DNA of 64,000 nucleotides from an uncultured Desulfosarcina sp. (GCA_963674945.2 CAXXWQ010000004.1:1120001-1184000); one strand, 5' to 3'. Numbered from the stretch's first letter, positions 1 through 10,773 are shown. Notes: generated from the sequence alone by a model not told the origin. Numbers and translations are program-made.

Positions 1-683
1 ATCACCAGGTGATGATGGTTGAAGCGCTCCGATATCGTTGCGAATCCATCCAACAGGTATCGATGGCCCTTCCATAACCGAAGCATGGCCACAGAGCCGA
101 TGAAACGGGCGTTTTGATCCAGGTTGAGTTCGCGTCGAAGGCCTTCAAGAGCATCTTTTCTGGTCGGCAGTACTTTTGGCGGAGTGATGCCGGTGGGAAC
201 CATTTTCACCCTGGATGGATCCACACCCAAGTCCCTCGCAAGCTGGTCCGAGACGCAGCTGGCTGCAGTAAAAATATAGTCGCTGAGGTGGTTGTACATC
301 CATTTGTTATGCCATGCGTCAGAGACCGGGTGCGTATGGTGGCGTGAACGGATAACGCATGGAATGTTCAGGCCACGCGCGGCAAAGAGCCCCACCTTGG
401 CATCCATGTTACCGTGGGTGTTGAGCACGTCGGGTATAATGCTCTTTAGAAATTTCCGAAACCGAATCAAATCGGCCACCATCGTCAGATTGTTGAAAGT
501 CATGGGAATGACGGTCAATCCGGCATCGCTGGCCCGGGAAAAAATCTGGGATTTTGGCGGTGCCACCAACAAGGGATAATGGCCACGGTCCTTCATCCAG
601 AGACATTCGTTAAGTACCCGAATTTCCTGGCCGCCCCAGCTGCGGTGACTCTCTGTATGTACGATTTTCAGTTTGGATTTCAT
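1..683 (-). CDS. Glycosyltransferase family 4 (3' end runs off the window)
   Basis: Not in the ORF track. Translated by eye from ATG at 683: MKSKLKIVHTESHRSWGGQEIRVLNECLWMKDRGH..., a GT4 N-terminus. It lies at the end of the LPS gene run. Confidence 0.85.
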   Translation of the reverse strand, partial: MKSKLKIVHTESHRSWGGQEIRVLNECLWMKDRGHYPLLVAPPKSQIFSRASDAGLTVIPMTFNNLTMVADLIRFRKFLKSIIPDVLNTHGNMDAKVGLFAARGLNIPCVIRSRHHTHPVSDAWHNKWMYNHLSDYIFTAASCVSDQLARDLGVDPSRVKMVPTGITPPKVLPTRKDALEGLRRELNLDQNARFIGSVAMLRLWKGHRYLLDGFATISERFNHHHLV

Positions 684-711
684 CGATTGTCTTCCGGTGT
701 TTTTATAGCGA

Positions 712-864
712 GTGTTCGTCCAGAAATAGGCAAATTGGGTCGAGATCAAGGCGCACGACCAATTTTATCACGGGTTTTACCGGAGGTATATGGTTGATAT
801 TTCGAGGATAAAATTTTTCGCGCAACGCCGATATCGGGAAAATTGGGCATTTCTGGATGAGCTC
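712..864 (+). mobile_element. MITE-like fold-back repeat, family A copy 1 (with a small internal insertion)
   Basis: 16-bp imperfect TIRs gtgttcgtccagaaat / atttctggatgagctc; near-identical to copies at 5775, 15495, 40125 and 48835; the end overlaps the TAG stop of the upstream GT2 gene. Confidence 0.9.
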
Positions 865-1628
865 TAGCGCGATAATTCTCTGGCCTTGGCGTACTTGAAA
901 AACGATCCTCCGGCGTTGAGCAGGGCGATGATCAGACCGTCTAGGCCCTCTAATGCGCCCAATTCCAGGAGATAGGTTCGAAAAAAGGTCCACAGCCCGT
1001 GCAGCGGCGGCGTCCACCATCTTACGCGCCTGCCGTCGGCATTCATCTGCGCTGCGGAAAGGGTCGAGTAATTCTGCATCTTTTCAATCAGGTCGGCATA
1101 GTTCCGAAAACTGCGGTGCTCGATGACGGCATCGAGTTGATCGACAGGTCCATCGACCACCCAATGCTCGTGAACCAGATGGTGGCTGAAGTGCCCCCTC
1201 TTCCTGTTGACCAGTCGCACCACACGATCGGGCCACCAACCGCAACGGCGGACCCAGCGTCCGTGAAAATAGTTCTTTCTCAGGAAACCGTAGGCAGCGG
1301 TGTCGTTTTCGGACCGGGCAAGAAGTTCGACGATCCGTTCGGCGGTGGCATCGGGAACCCGTTCGTCGGCATCGAGAATCAGCACCCAGTCGTGGACCGC
1401 CAGATCGACGGCGGTTTGTTTTTGCCGGGCATACCCCTGCCATGGCCTGGACACGACCCGGAATCCATAGGACGCTGCGATATCAAGGGTGTTGTCCCGG
1501 CTTCGTTCATCCACGATGACGACGACGTCATCGGCAAACGCAAGGCTTTTCAGGCAGGCATCGATTCGATCCGCTTCATCCTTGGCGACAATGGCGATGG
1601 AAATGGGAAAAGGCCGGTTATTCGCCAT
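864..1628 (-). CDS. Glycosyltransferase family 2, LPS core (KdtX/WaaE-like)
   Basis: ISIAIVAKDEA, WVLILDADE, HHLVHE motifs; ATG at 1628 with a GGGGG SD, overlapping the ligase stop. Confidence 0.88.
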   Translation of the reverse strand: MANNRPFPISIAIVAKDEADRIDACLKSLAFADDVVVIVDERSRDNTLDIAASYGFRVVSRPWQGYARQKQTAVDLAVHDWVLILDADERVPDATAERIVELLARSENDTAAYGFLRKNYFHGRWVRRCGWWPDRVVRLVNRKRGHFSHHLVHEHWVVDGPVDQLDAVIEHRSFRNYADLIEKMQNYSTLSAAQMNADGRRVRWWTPPLHGLWTFFRTYLLELGALEGLDGLIIALLNAGGSFFKYAKARELSR

Positions 1629-2853
1629 GGTTGCCCCCTTTTGGGTCGTCCGGTTGAAAACCGACCACCAGCGCGAGCAAAATAGCGGTTCCCACATCCA
1701 GAATCTGGGAATTGAAAAGGCCGGTGACCGTCATCACGAGGACGACGGAAAGCAGCATGTAGCCTGCGCTGGTCTGTCGATGTCGCCAGCCGCGTTTCAA
1801 CATGACGACCAGAAACCAGATGAAAAAGGCAAGCCCGACGATACCGAAACTCACCGCCATGTAAAGAAAATTATTATGGGGATGTGCGATCCAAGGTGCA
1901 TCAGGATCGCCGCCATAGGCGCCAATCGCCATGGCATAACCACCGGTCCCCACGCCCAGCCATGGCTTTCGGGCAATGATTGTAAGCGCCTTGTTCCACA
2001 TGAAGAGGCGGTCCTGGCGGATCGAATATCGCTCCCCCCAGGCCGTTTCGTCCTTGGAATGCAGGTGGTAGGTGAAATTTTCCACCGTCTGGGAGGCCCG
2101 CTCCCGAACCACGGGTGAAACCATCATCAAGCCGGGAATCAGGACGCACAGGGCCAACGTTTTGATTACCTGGTGGCTTTTGAAAAAGGTGTATCCGATA
2201 AAAGGAGTCAGAATCACCATGGCCACGTAGCTGGCCCGGCTCTGCAGTATCACGAGGTGAAAGAAGTACAGTCCGATGACTGCGGAAAGGGCGACTTTCT
2301 TCCCGGCCTGTTGCCGGCGGCCGAGAAAAAAGACTCCTATCATGATGCCGACGATGAGATAGGCGGAAAGTGTACTGTAATCCGGCCCCAACCCGCGATG
2401 GGCGCCGTTTTTGTCCGGAAGATGGAATACGATCTGAATGACGACTACCACCACGTTGAGCAAGAGCCCCAGCATGAAAGCCTGAACGCAGTACCGGGCG
2501 GGAAATTTTTCGAAGGCAACGGCGGCTACGCCCAGCCCCAAAAGCCAATAAAGGGTCTTCTGTGCGTATTCCAATCCCAAACCGGTAGTATCCATCGTGT
2601 AGAGCAGACCGATCCACGGCAGCAGCATCAACCCATAGACCGGCCACCAGTAGGGGGCACGGTAGGTTTGCCGTTTGGCAAAGGCAAGGCCTGAAAAAAG
2701 CCATATGGCAAGAACCAATACAGAGGCGATCGTCGTCGGCGCCGTACCCAGTGGCAGGCAGAAGAAGGTCAGTACGACCGCCAGATACAGGGATTTTTCG
2801 CTATACTTGGTTTCAGGGTCCCTGAACCAGTCCCCGTGGCGTGAAATATTCAT
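1618..2853 (-). CDS. O-antigen ligase family membrane protein (WaaL-like)
   Basis: Multiple TM segments; QSRAS, PWLGVGTGGY and HPHNNFL motifs. Confidence 0.88.
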   Translation of the reverse strand: MNISRHGDWFRDPETKYSEKSLYLAVVLTFFCLPLGTAPTTIASVLVLAIWLFSGLAFAKRQTYRAPYWWPVYGLMLLPWIGLLYTMDTTGLGLEYAQKTLYWLLGLGVAAVAFEKFPARYCVQAFMLGLLLNVVVVVIQIVFHLPDKNGAHRGLGPDYSTLSAYLIVGIMIGVFFLGRRQQAGKKVALSAVIGLYFFHLVILQSRASYVAMVILTPFIGYTFFKSHQVIKTLALCVLIPGLMMVSPVVRERASQTVENFTYHLHSKDETAWGERYSIRQDRLFMWNKALTIIARKPWLGVGTGGYAMAIGAYGGDPDAPWIAHPHNNFLYMAVSFGIVGLAFFIWFLVVMLKRGWRHRQTSAGYMLLSVVLVMTVTGLFNSQILDVGTAILLALVVGFQPDDPKGGNHGE

Positions 2854-3607
2854 TGGATATCATCGTCTCGTTTAACATCTCATCATTTTCTGAAAGTCGC
2901 TGGCGGCTGTTCTCCCCATGCCAGAGATGAAAGCAGGTAGCCATGAATGGATGGGTTCGCCGCTTCAACCCCCAATTGTACAATCGGGCCACCAACTCCG
3001 AATCTTCCCGCCCCCAGCCCTCGAAGGCCTCATTGAACCCGTTCACGGCATACAGATCCGACCGGAACACACCCATGTTGCAGCTGCGGGTGCCGGACAG
3101 GCCGGGGGAAATCACCGCCGGAAACCAGGGGAGACGAATGAGGTGGTGGGCGTTTCCCAGCTGGCGGAAAAAAAGGGACTTCATCAGACGCCAAAAATCG
3201 CTGGCATGTTCCCAGTCGAAGGTCCCGGCAAGGGATCGCTCCACCAGCACACGCTTTCCCTGAAAAAAGGTTCCCTCTCTGGCCAGGCAGAGGTGATCGC
3301 CGACAAAATGCCGGTTGGGGATACAGTCGCCGTCCAAGAGCACCAGATACGCACCCGTCGACCGTGCAATGGCCTTGTTTCGGATTCTTGCCGCCCGAAA
3401 CCCCCGGTCCTCTTGCCAGACATGCACCAGGGGATAGGGAAGCCGATCCTCCAGCTGCTCGATCAGGTGCCGTGTCTCTTCACCCGAACCATCATCGGCG
3501 ACGATCACCTCGTCGGCCATGTGCGTCTGCCCGGCCAGTGCCCGCAATACCTCCTTGAGGGCACGGGGACGATTGTATGTGGTGACGATGATGGAAACAC
3601 GATTCAT
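2813..3607 (-). CDS. Glycosyltransferase family 2
   Basis: VSIIVTTYNRP, VADDGS, LDGDC, NGFNEAFEGWGRED motifs; start at 3607 or 3622. Confidence 0.9.
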   Translation of the reverse strand: MNRVSIIVTTYNRPRALKEVLRALAGQTHMADEVIVADDGSGEETRHLIEQLEDRLPYPLVHVWQEDRGFRAARIRNKAIARSTGAYLVLLDGDCIPNRHFVGDHLCLAREGTFFQGKRVLVERSLAGTFDWEHASDFWRLMKSLFFRQLGNAHHLIRLPWFPAVISPGLSGTRSCNMGVFRSDLYAVNGFNEAFEGWGREDSELVARLYNWGLKRRTHPFMATCFHLWHGENSRQRLSENDEMLNETMISNEYFTPRGLVQGP

Positions 3608-3648
3608 TCTAGTATCGCCCATGCTGCTCCGAAAAGGCTCTGTGAACA

Positions 3649-4710
3649 TCAGTTTGCATGGTTTGGCAGATTGGGTAAAATTGCCGCCATCACTTGTTCC
3701 ACCGAAATATCTTCCATGCATCGGCATTGGTGGACGTCACACTTTCGCTTGAAACAGGGACTGCAAGAAGGCGCCGTGCGCACCACCGTGTGTCCTTCTC
3801 CAAAAGGCCCCGTTCGCCAGGGGGCGGTGGGACCGAACAGGGCCACCACCTTCGTATCCACGGCAGCCGAAAGGTGCATGGGGCCGGTATCGGTGGTCAC
3901 CAGCAGAGCCGCCCGTTGATACAGGGAAGCGAGCATTGTCAACGTCGTGCGTCCGGAAAGATCGGCCGCTTCCTCTCCCATCATCCGGCGGATGTCGGCG
4001 ATCGTGTCACGGTCCCCCGGCCCGCCCGTGAACACCACATCCGTCTTGAATTCCGATACCAACCGGTCCGCCAGGGCTGCGAAACGATCGTTTCGCCACA
4101 ATTTGGTCTCCCACAGGGCCACGGGGTTGATGGCAACCAATGGACGCTTTCCGTTTATGCCATTGTCCGTCAGCAGGGTGTCGACGCGCCGATGATCCCG
4201 GTCGGATATGGGAACGTCATAGACCACCGCAGACGATTCAATACCAATGGCCTGCAGCAGCAGCACCCCCCGGGTCAGGGCGTGTACCTCCATGTCCACG
4301 GCCGGAACGCGCTCGTTTAACAAGAGATAGCTGTGTTCCTGATGCTGCATGCCCTTGTCAAAACCGATCTTGCGTCTTCCCCTGGCCAGCCAGACGAGCA
4401 GTGCGCTTTTCAGCAAAGCCTGAAAATCGATGATGATATCATAATCGGTGTCACGCAGGGCACGCCAGAACAATCGGATTTCCGTCATCGCCTGCCGCCG
4501 CCGCGGCCCCTTCAACTCGCGCAACCAGCGTTTGCGGTCCGATACGATTACCCGATCCAGTGCCCGGTGACCGACCACCAGTTCGGCGGCCGCCGTCTCC
4601 ACCAGCCAGGTGATGTGCGCATCGGGATAGTTCGCCCGGATGGCGTTGAGCGCAGGCAGGGTGTGAATCACGTCCCCGATGGCGCTGAGCTTGACGATGA
4701 GGATATTCAA
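3649..4710 (-). CDS. LPS heptosyltransferase, GT9 (WaaC-like)
   Basis: ILIVKLSAIGDVIHTLP, DTGPMHL, LFGPT motifs; TTG start overlapping the waaF stop. Confidence 0.88.
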   Translation of the reverse strand: MNILIVKLSAIGDVIHTLPALNAIRANYPDAHITWLVETAAAELVVGHRALDRVIVSDRKRWLRELKGPRRRQAMTEIRLFWRALRDTDYDIIIDFQALLKSALLVWLARGRRKIGFDKGMQHQEHSYLLLNERVPAVDMEVHALTRGVLLLQAIGIESSAVVYDVPISDRDHRRVDTLLTDNGINGKRPLVAINPVALWETKLWRNDRFAALADRLVSEFKTDVVFTGGPGDRDTIADIRRMMGEEAADLSGRTTLTMLASLYQRAALLVTTDTGPMHLSAAVDTKVVALFGPTAPWRTGPFGEGHTVVRTAPSCSPCFKRKCDVHQCRCMEDISVEQVMAAILPNLPNHAN

Positions 4711-5747
4711 AGCAGATCCTTTACGGCATCGGCCACCATATCCACGCTCACCCGCCGCATGCAGTTCATATGGCCCAAGGGACAGATTGGCTTCATGCAG
4801 GGACTGCAGTCGATGGGTACCCGGACGATACGGCTCGTGTCGCTGAACGGACTTGTGGTGGTGGCGTTGGTAGATCCGAAAACGGCCACCAGGGGCGTGT
4901 TCAGGGCAGCGGCCACATGCATCAACCCCGAATCGTTGGTAACAAAGGCGGTACAGCGATCGATCATGGCCATGGCCTGGCCCAGGCTGGTCCGACCACT
5001 CAAATCAAAAGCCGGCGACGCCATGAGCCGGGTAATGGTCCGGCCCAGGTCCCGGTCCGAGGGACCGCCGAAAATCAGAATCGATGCCCCCAGCTCTTCG
5101 TGAAGGCGGTCGCCCAGGGCAGCGTAGCGCTCGGGAAACCACTGTTTGGCCGGACCGAAGGTGGCGCTGGGATTGAGCCCCACAATGGGTTGGTCTGACG
5201 CAACCCCGAATTGTTTCAGCATCTGCTCGGCCTGCCGGGTGTCCCTGGGATCGAGGTGCAGTTCCAAGGTTGGTCTTCCGGTGGATAAACCCGCACCTTC
5301 GAGGATTTTAAGATAATATCCGGTCTGGTGGATGGATTTGATCGCCCTGGTGCGACGAACCGGATGGGTCAGAAGCAGCCGCCGGGCGTCTGTGTCGAAC
5401 CCGATGCGTCTGGGGACGCCGGCCAGGAATGCGATGATGGCCGCTTCCACGGCGTTCTGAAAAAGAATCGCCGCATCGTATCTCGAAGCGCGCAGATCCC
5501 CGGCCAGTCGTAAAACGCCGCCGATCCCCCTATGCCGACCGTTTGCATCGTAGGCGACGACCCGGTCCACATGAGGGCTGTGGGCAAACACGGGCGCCAC
5601 CCAGGGTTTGGCCAGCATATCGATACGAGCATCGGGGAAATTGTGACGAATGGCACGGACGGCCGGTGTTGTCATGATGGCGTCACCGATCCAGTTCGTG
5701 GATCGGATCAGCAACCGTTTTATCTTTTTTCGATCCTTATAATTCAT
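4707..5747 (-). CDS. waaF: LPS heptosyltransferase II
   Basis: RSTNWIGDAIM, FGPAKQW, NDSGLMHVAAA motifs. Confidence 0.88.
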   Translation of the reverse strand: MNYKDRKKIKRLLIRSTNWIGDAIMTTPAVRAIRHNFPDARIDMLAKPWVAPVFAHSPHVDRVVAYDANGRHRGIGGVLRLAGDLRASRYDAAILFQNAVEAAIIAFLAGVPRRIGFDTDARRLLLTHPVRRTRAIKSIHQTGYYLKILEGAGLSTGRPTLELHLDPRDTRQAEQMLKQFGVASDQPIVGLNPSATFGPAKQWFPERYAALGDRLHEELGASILIFGGPSDRDLGRTITRLMASPAFDLSGRTSLGQAMAMIDRCTAFVTNDSGLMHVAAALNTPLVAVFGSTNATTTSPFSDTSRIVRVPIDCSPCMKPICPLGHMNCMRRVSVDMVADAVKDLL

Positions 5748-5774
5748 AATAAATTTGCTATGTTGTTATCAATA

Positions 5775-5915
5775 ATGTCCGTCCGGAAATAGGCAAATTT
5801 GGTCGAGATCGAGGCGCACGAAAAATTTTACCGGAGGCATATGGTTGATATTCCGAGGATAAAATTTTTCGCGCAACGAAGATATCGGGCAAATTGGCCA
5901 TTTCTGGATGGTCAT
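5775..5915 (+). mobile_element. MITE-like fold-back repeat, family A copy 2 (141 bp)
   Basis: TIRs atgtccgtccggaaat / atttctggatggtcat, TA on both flanks; the right flank is the lpxL TAA stop. Confidence 0.92.
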
Positions 5916-6835
5916 TACTCCCGGGGCCAGGGACAGTAGGGCCTGTTCTTCCATCGCCGATGAACCCAGAACCACTGCTCCGGATGCCTGCGAATCCCCT
6001 TTTCCACTTCCTTGCTGTAGCTTTCCGTATTGGCTTCGATATCCCTTGTCTTGTCTCCGGTTACGACCAACGGAATCTCCGGGCTGAATACGGCCCGGAA
6101 ACCGCTTTCTTCACGGTATAGAAAAAGGGACAGCACCGGGCAGCGGCTCTTTTGTGCAATCAGCGCCATTCCTTTGGTGGTGCAGGTCCGGCGGCCGAAA
6201 AAATCCACCCACACGCCATCGTACCAATCCGCGCTTTGATCCATGAGGATGCCGACGACCTCCTTTTTCCTCAATGCCCGTGCGATTCGAATCATGGCGT
6301 GGCTAGTGGGAATCAACCGGCCGCCGAATCTCGAACGCATATTCTCGAAAAAAAGATTCAACGGTGTAAAATCCAGGGGACGGTAAACGATGTGGGACGG
6401 TATCCTGGCCCTTTTGGCGACGATGGGCAAGAGCTCCCAGTTGCCAAGGTGACCGGTGATGATTAGCACCCCTTTTCCCTTTTCAAAGGCGGCGCGGTAA
6501 TGTTCTATACCATCGATGCGAATCCGGCACTCCAGTTCCGCCTCGGAGGCCGTCAGGGACCAGCCCGCCTCGAACAGGATCTGCCCCATGTTATGGTAAA
6601 CGGAACGTGCCATTTCCAGCCGCTCATCGCTTGTCATCTCATGGCCCAGGGCAAAGGCCAGATTGTCGAGAGTGATCTCGCGATGCCGTCTGTCCAGGTG
6701 AAAAGCGACATCTCCCAAAAAATTTCCCAGTCGACGCGCAAATGGGCGCGGTATCCGCCCGAAGGCAGAAACCAACCGGGTGATGATGCCGCAGATCTTG
6801 TAATCAATGGGAGTCGGTGGTTTTCTCTTGGCCAT
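5915..6835 (-). CDS. lpxL: Lipid A lauroyl/late acyltransferase (HtrB/LpxL family)
   Basis: GHLGNWE, LMDQ, FFG and PEQWFWVHRRWK motifs. Confidence 0.88.
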   Translation of the reverse strand: MAKRKPPTPIDYKICGIITRLVSAFGRIPRPFARRLGNFLGDVAFHLDRRHREITLDNLAFALGHEMTSDERLEMARSVYHNMGQILFEAGWSLTASEAELECRIRIDGIEHYRAAFEKGKGVLIITGHLGNWELLPIVAKRARIPSHIVYRPLDFTPLNLFFENMRSRFGGRLIPTSHAMIRIARALRKKEVVGILMDQSADWYDGVWVDFFGRRTCTTKGMALIAQKSRCPVLSLFLYREESGFRAVFSPEIPLVVTGDKTRDIEANTESYSKEVEKGIRRHPEQWFWVHRRWKNRPYCPWPRE

Positions 6836-6899
6836 GGCGCAGGAGTATCGTCGATTGGTGAATAGGAATTCAGATTAAATAATCAATTCGCATCGGCCG

Positions 6900-7712
6900 T
6901 CAAAAGTAGGAGACGGCATTCTCGAAGATACGAATTCCCTCCCCCGGTCCGTCGCCAAGTGGTGTGCCTTCTCGTTTGCCGCGTTCCATGCACCGGGTCC
7001 AATCCGGATGGTTGGTTACATGGTTGTAGGCCTCCGGGTGAGGCATCAGGCCGAAGATGCGACCGGTGGGATCGCAGATGCCTGCGATGTCCAGCAAGGC
7101 ACCGTTGGGATTCTCGGGAAAACGACCGTTTGCCAACTGCCCGTCGGATGTCGCATATTGCATCACGATCTGGTTGTTCTTTGTAAGATCTGCCAGAATC
7201 TGCTTTTCGGCAAAAAACTTCCCTTCCCCGTGGCGAACCGGCATATCCAGGGCATTCATTCCCCTCGTGAAAACACAAGGAGACGAAGGATTGATATGGG
7301 TGCGCACCCATTGATCCCGGAAATTACCGCAGTCATTGTAGGTCAGAGCCACGGAGCGCCGTGTATAGTCGCCGTCAATCCCGGGAAGCAGCCCCAGGTT
7401 CACCAGTGTCTGAAAACCGTTGCAGATGCCGATAACCAGTTTCTCGGCCGCCACGAATGCAAGCAGTTTGTCGCCGAGGTTCGTTTTCATTCGTACCGCC
7501 TGGACCACACCGGCCCCGTGATCATCCCCCCAACTGAATCCTCCGCCAAATGCCAGAATCTGAAAATCGTCCAGGTCGACATCACCCGCGATCAACGCGT
7601 TGATATGGGCCCGCACGGCCACGGCGCCGGCCATTTCAAATGCATAGGCCGTTTCATGATCGCAGTTGAGACCGAATCCCGTAAGCACCAGTGCCCTGGG
7701 TTGTATGCTCAT
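6900..7712 (-). CDS. purQ: FGAM synthase glutaminase subunit
   Basis: GGFSWGD, GICNGFQ, MPHPE motifs. Confidence 0.95.
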   Translation of the reverse strand: MSIQPRALVLTGFGLNCDHETAYAFEMAGAVAVRAHINALIAGDVDLDDFQILAFGGGFSWGDDHGAGVVQAVRMKTNLGDKLLAFVAAEKLVIGICNGFQTLVNLGLLPGIDGDYTRRSVALTYNDCGNFRDQWVRTHINPSSPCVFTRGMNALDMPVRHGEGKFFAEKQILADLTKNNQIVMQYATSDGQLANGRFPENPNGALLDIAGICDPTGRIFGLMPHPEAYNHVTNHPDWTRCMERGKREGTPLGDGPGEGIRIFENAVSYF

Positions 7713-10700
7713 ATCAAATCCTCAAAAGGCCCTTTCCAGACCGCCTTCATCCGTTCAATTGTCATGGGAGCCAGATGCGAACCGTCCATGCCGGTAATCT
7801 CGAGTCGGGGACTTTCGGTGACCCTTCCCACGCATGCGGCGGGTTGGTCCGCGAACATGGCAGCGAAGGCATCGTTGTCTTTCGGCGCTACGGTCACGAT
7901 GAACCGGCCGGCGCTTTCGGAAAACAAGAGGGTATCATCCCGATCGATATTTTGGGCGGGCACCCCGGAAAGGTTCACGGTGAGTCCAAGGCCGCCGCCC
8001 ATGGCCACCATGGCCAGGTGAACACCCAATCCCCCTCGATACACACCGTGGCAGGAGGCTACCAGACCTTTTCGAATGGTGCTGGCCATGGTCTGGTAGC
8101 ATCGAAAAAAGGACTCGGGTTCGACCACGGGCACATTCAAACCCAAATGCCCCAGATGTTCGTAGTATTCGGATCCTCCCAGTTCGTCCTTCGTCGTACC
8201 GATGACCCACACCAGGTCGCCCGCCATCTTGGCATCCATGGTCACGCATCGGCGGACATCCTCCACGACGCCGGTCACCGAGAACTGCAGCGTCTCCAGG
8301 GCCGAAACCTTGTGGGTTTCCCCGTAACGGCCGGGCAGATGACCGTCCACGTACATGGAGTCCTTGCCGGACAAGAGAGGAATGCCGTAGGCCAGGCACA
8401 TGGCCGAAAGGGCCTTGCATGAACGCACCAACTGGGCGGCCTTGTGCTTGCCGTCGGGATTCTTTTTGGGATGGAATTGGATGTTGGGCCAACAAAAATT
8501 GTCCACGCCGCCCATGTGGTCCGGATCGCCGCCCACGGCGATGGCCCGACGCACCGCCTCGTCGATGGTGCATGTGGTCATGTGATAGGCGTCGATGGCC
8601 GAATACATGGGGATGAGCGCCTGGGAGAAGACCAGGCCCCGATCCGATGACAGCACTGGTCGGATCACGGCGGCATCGGTGGGTACGTCCCTGTCTATTC
8701 CAATCAGGGGCTTGATCACGCTGGTGCCCTGGACCTCGTGGTCGTACTGACGGCAGACCCACTCCTTGCTGCATAGATTCGGCCGCGCCAACAGATCCAG
8801 GATCACGTCCGAACAATCCTTCGGTCCTCCCAAAACCGGCTCGGTGAGCCCCCTTACGGCCGGTGCCCGCCAATCCGCTTCGAACACCCACTGGGGGAAG
8901 GCGGAGGTGAGCAGGTCCAGATCCACGTATGCGCAGGTATCACCGTTGTAAGTGATATGCAGTTTTCCCGTATCGGTGTAGGTACCGATGACCGTGCTCT
9001 CCACCTCATGGAGTCGGGAGAGTGCCATGAAGCGATCCAGATCCTTGGGGTCGATGGCCACCGTCATGCGCTCCTGGGACTCGCTGATCCAGATCTCCCA
9101 CTGGTCCAGACCGTCGTACTTCAGCGGCACCTTTTCCAACTGGATCTCGCATCCGTTGGAAAACCGGGCACTCTCGCCCACGGATGAGGAGAGTCCCCCG
9201 CCGCCGTTGTCGGTGATGAACCGGATCAATCCCTCGTCCCGGGCCTCCAAAAGAAAGTCGTGCATCTTTTTCTGGGTGTAGGGGTCACCGATCTGCACGT
9301 GGCCTGCCGGTGTGTTCTCGGAGTAGGTGGCGGAAGAGGCGGTCACCCCGTGGATGCCGTCCTTTCCCACCCGGCCGCCGCACATGATGGTCAGGTCACC
9401 GGGCAAGATGGTCTTCTGATCCGACGGTTTTCCCTTGACGGTAGCCGGCATGATCCCCAATGCGGTGACGAAGACCAGGCATTTTCCCAGATATCCGGGA
9501 TGAAACATCACCTGACCGAAGGGTGTGGGAATACCGCTCTTGTTCCCCCCGTCCCGTACCCCCTCGATGACGCCGTCCAGAAGTCGTTTGGGGTGGAGTT
9601 TGGGTGTCAGATCCCCGGCGTAGTCCCGGGGCCCCACACAGTAGCCGTAGCTGCCCATGATCAGTTTGGATCCCAGTCCCGTTCCCATGGGGTCACGGTA
9701 GATGCCCACGATGCCGGTGATGGCCCCGCCGTAAGCCTCCATGTTGGACGGCGAATTATGGGTCTCCCCGGTGATCACGTAGTGGTGATGGTCATCGAAT
9801 CGCCCCACGCCGGCGTTGTCCCACAATACGGAGACCACCCACGGTTTCTTCTCCTTCAGGGCCAGGGTGGGCTGCTGGATATAGGTCCGAAAAAGACTGT
9901 CGATGGTTTCGGGGGTACCGTCCTTAAGATCCCGCCCCAGTTCCCGCCCAAGCTCCCGATAGACGAATCGGCCGCCGAAGGTGTTGTGGTTGCAATGGTC
10001 GCTTCTCGCCTGGCTGATGTATTCCAGTTCCACGTCGGTGGGATCGGCCAGCCCCATCTGCCGACGTTGTCTCTGTACCTCGGGCTTTCGAAAATAGGAA
10101 CGAATGGTGGGGATATCATTGGGGTTTAAGGCCAGGGATCGCTCGTCGCTGAGAAGCGCCAGGGTCTCGTCACTATCGATGGAAAGGGTGGTCACTTCGG
10201 GTTGATGGTCCAGAATCACCTTGGGAATGACAAAGCCGATCCCGGTCACCGGATCCCACTGTTTTTTATCAAAGACCTTCCATTGCTGGATGATGTCGTT
10301 GGCCAATAATTCGCCGGCGATCTTCTCCACTGCCTGTCGGGAAATACCGTTTCCTTTCAGACAATACCGTTTGGAAGTATAAACGGCCTGACCCGGAGCA
10401 AATTTGATCCCCAACAGGTCACCGATCGCCTCGACGGCAGTGGCACCGGGATTGTCCCGAACGCCGGGCCTGAATCCCACCCAGATGATCCAGTCGAAAT
10501 CCACGGCGAGTGGAGAAAGGGAGGAAACCTGCGTAACCGGATTGGTGAAAATCTCATTCTGGACCCGCCGAACCTGATCGGATGTCAGGTCCGCATCGAT
10601 GGTGAGAATATGAACGGTACGAATCCGGTCCAGTTCAATGTGGAAATAGTTCTTGGCTTTGAGCAAAAGGGATTGCCCTTCCGCGTCCAACAACTGATCC

Positions 10701-10744
10701 GACAGGGTGATCTCGATTCGGTTTGCCATGGCTTCTTTTATCAT
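7709..10744 (-). CDS. purL: FGAM synthase synthetase subunit with N-terminal PurS-like region
   Basis: SDHCNH, ETHNSPS, VQIGDP, SESQERM, QYDHEV, SGKDS motifs; start may be 10729. Confidence 0.95.
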   Translation of the reverse strand: MIKEAMANRIEITLSDQLLDAEGQSLLLKAKNYFHIELDRIRTVHILTIDADLTSDQVRRVQNEIFTNPVTQVSSLSPLAVDFDWIIWVGFRPGVRDNPGATAVEAIGDLLGIKFAPGQAVYTSKRYCLKGNGISRQAVEKIAGELLANDIIQQWKVFDKKQWDPVTGIGFVIPKVILDHQPEVTTLSIDSDETLALLSDERSLALNPNDIPTIRSYFRKPEVQRQRRQMGLADPTDVELEYISQARSDHCNHNTFGGRFVYRELGRELGRDLKDGTPETIDSLFRTYIQQPTLALKEKKPWVVSVLWDNAGVGRFDDHHHYVITGETHNSPSNMEAYGGAITGIVGIYRDPMGTGLGSKLIMGSYGYCVGPRDYAGDLTPKLHPKRLLDGVIEGVRDGGNKSGIPTPFGQVMFHPGYLGKCLVFVTALGIMPATVKGKPSDQKTILPGDLTIMCGGRVGKDGIHGVTASSATYSENTPAGHVQIGDPYTQKKMHDFLLEARDEGLIRFITDNGGGGLSSSVGESARFSNGCEIQLEKVPLKYDGLDQWEIWISESQERMTVAIDPKDLDRFMALSRLHEVESTVIGTYTDTGKLHITYNGDTCAYVDLDLLTSAFPQWVFEADWRAPAVRGLTEPVLGGPKDCSDVILDLLARPNLCSKEWVCRQYDHEVQGTSVIKPLIGIDRDVPTDAAVIRPVLSSDRGLVFSQALIPMYSAIDAYHMTTCTIDEAVRRAIAVGGDPDHMGGVDNFCWPNIQFHPKKNPDGKHKAAQLVRSCKALSAMCLAYGIPLLSGKDSMYVDGHLPGRYGETHKVSALETLQFSVTGVVEDVRRCVTMDAKMAGDLVWVIGTTKDELGGSEYYEHLGHLGLNVPVVEPESFFRCYQTMASTIRKGLVASCHGVYRGGLGVHLAMVAMGGGLGLTVNLSGVPAQNIDRDDTLLFSESAGRFIVTVAPKDNDAFAAMFADQPAACVGRVTESPRLEITGMDGSHLAPMTIERMKAVWKGPFEDLI

Positions 10745-10773
10745 TGTGAATTCATAATTGGCGTTACAATCCG

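Noticed and set aside
703..1020. ORFs 703-1020 and 5769-5975 sharing 'REKFYPRNINH.PPVK...VRLDLD'
   Set aside because: The shared peptide is only a translation of the family A repeat, and both ORFs overlap real genes out of frame
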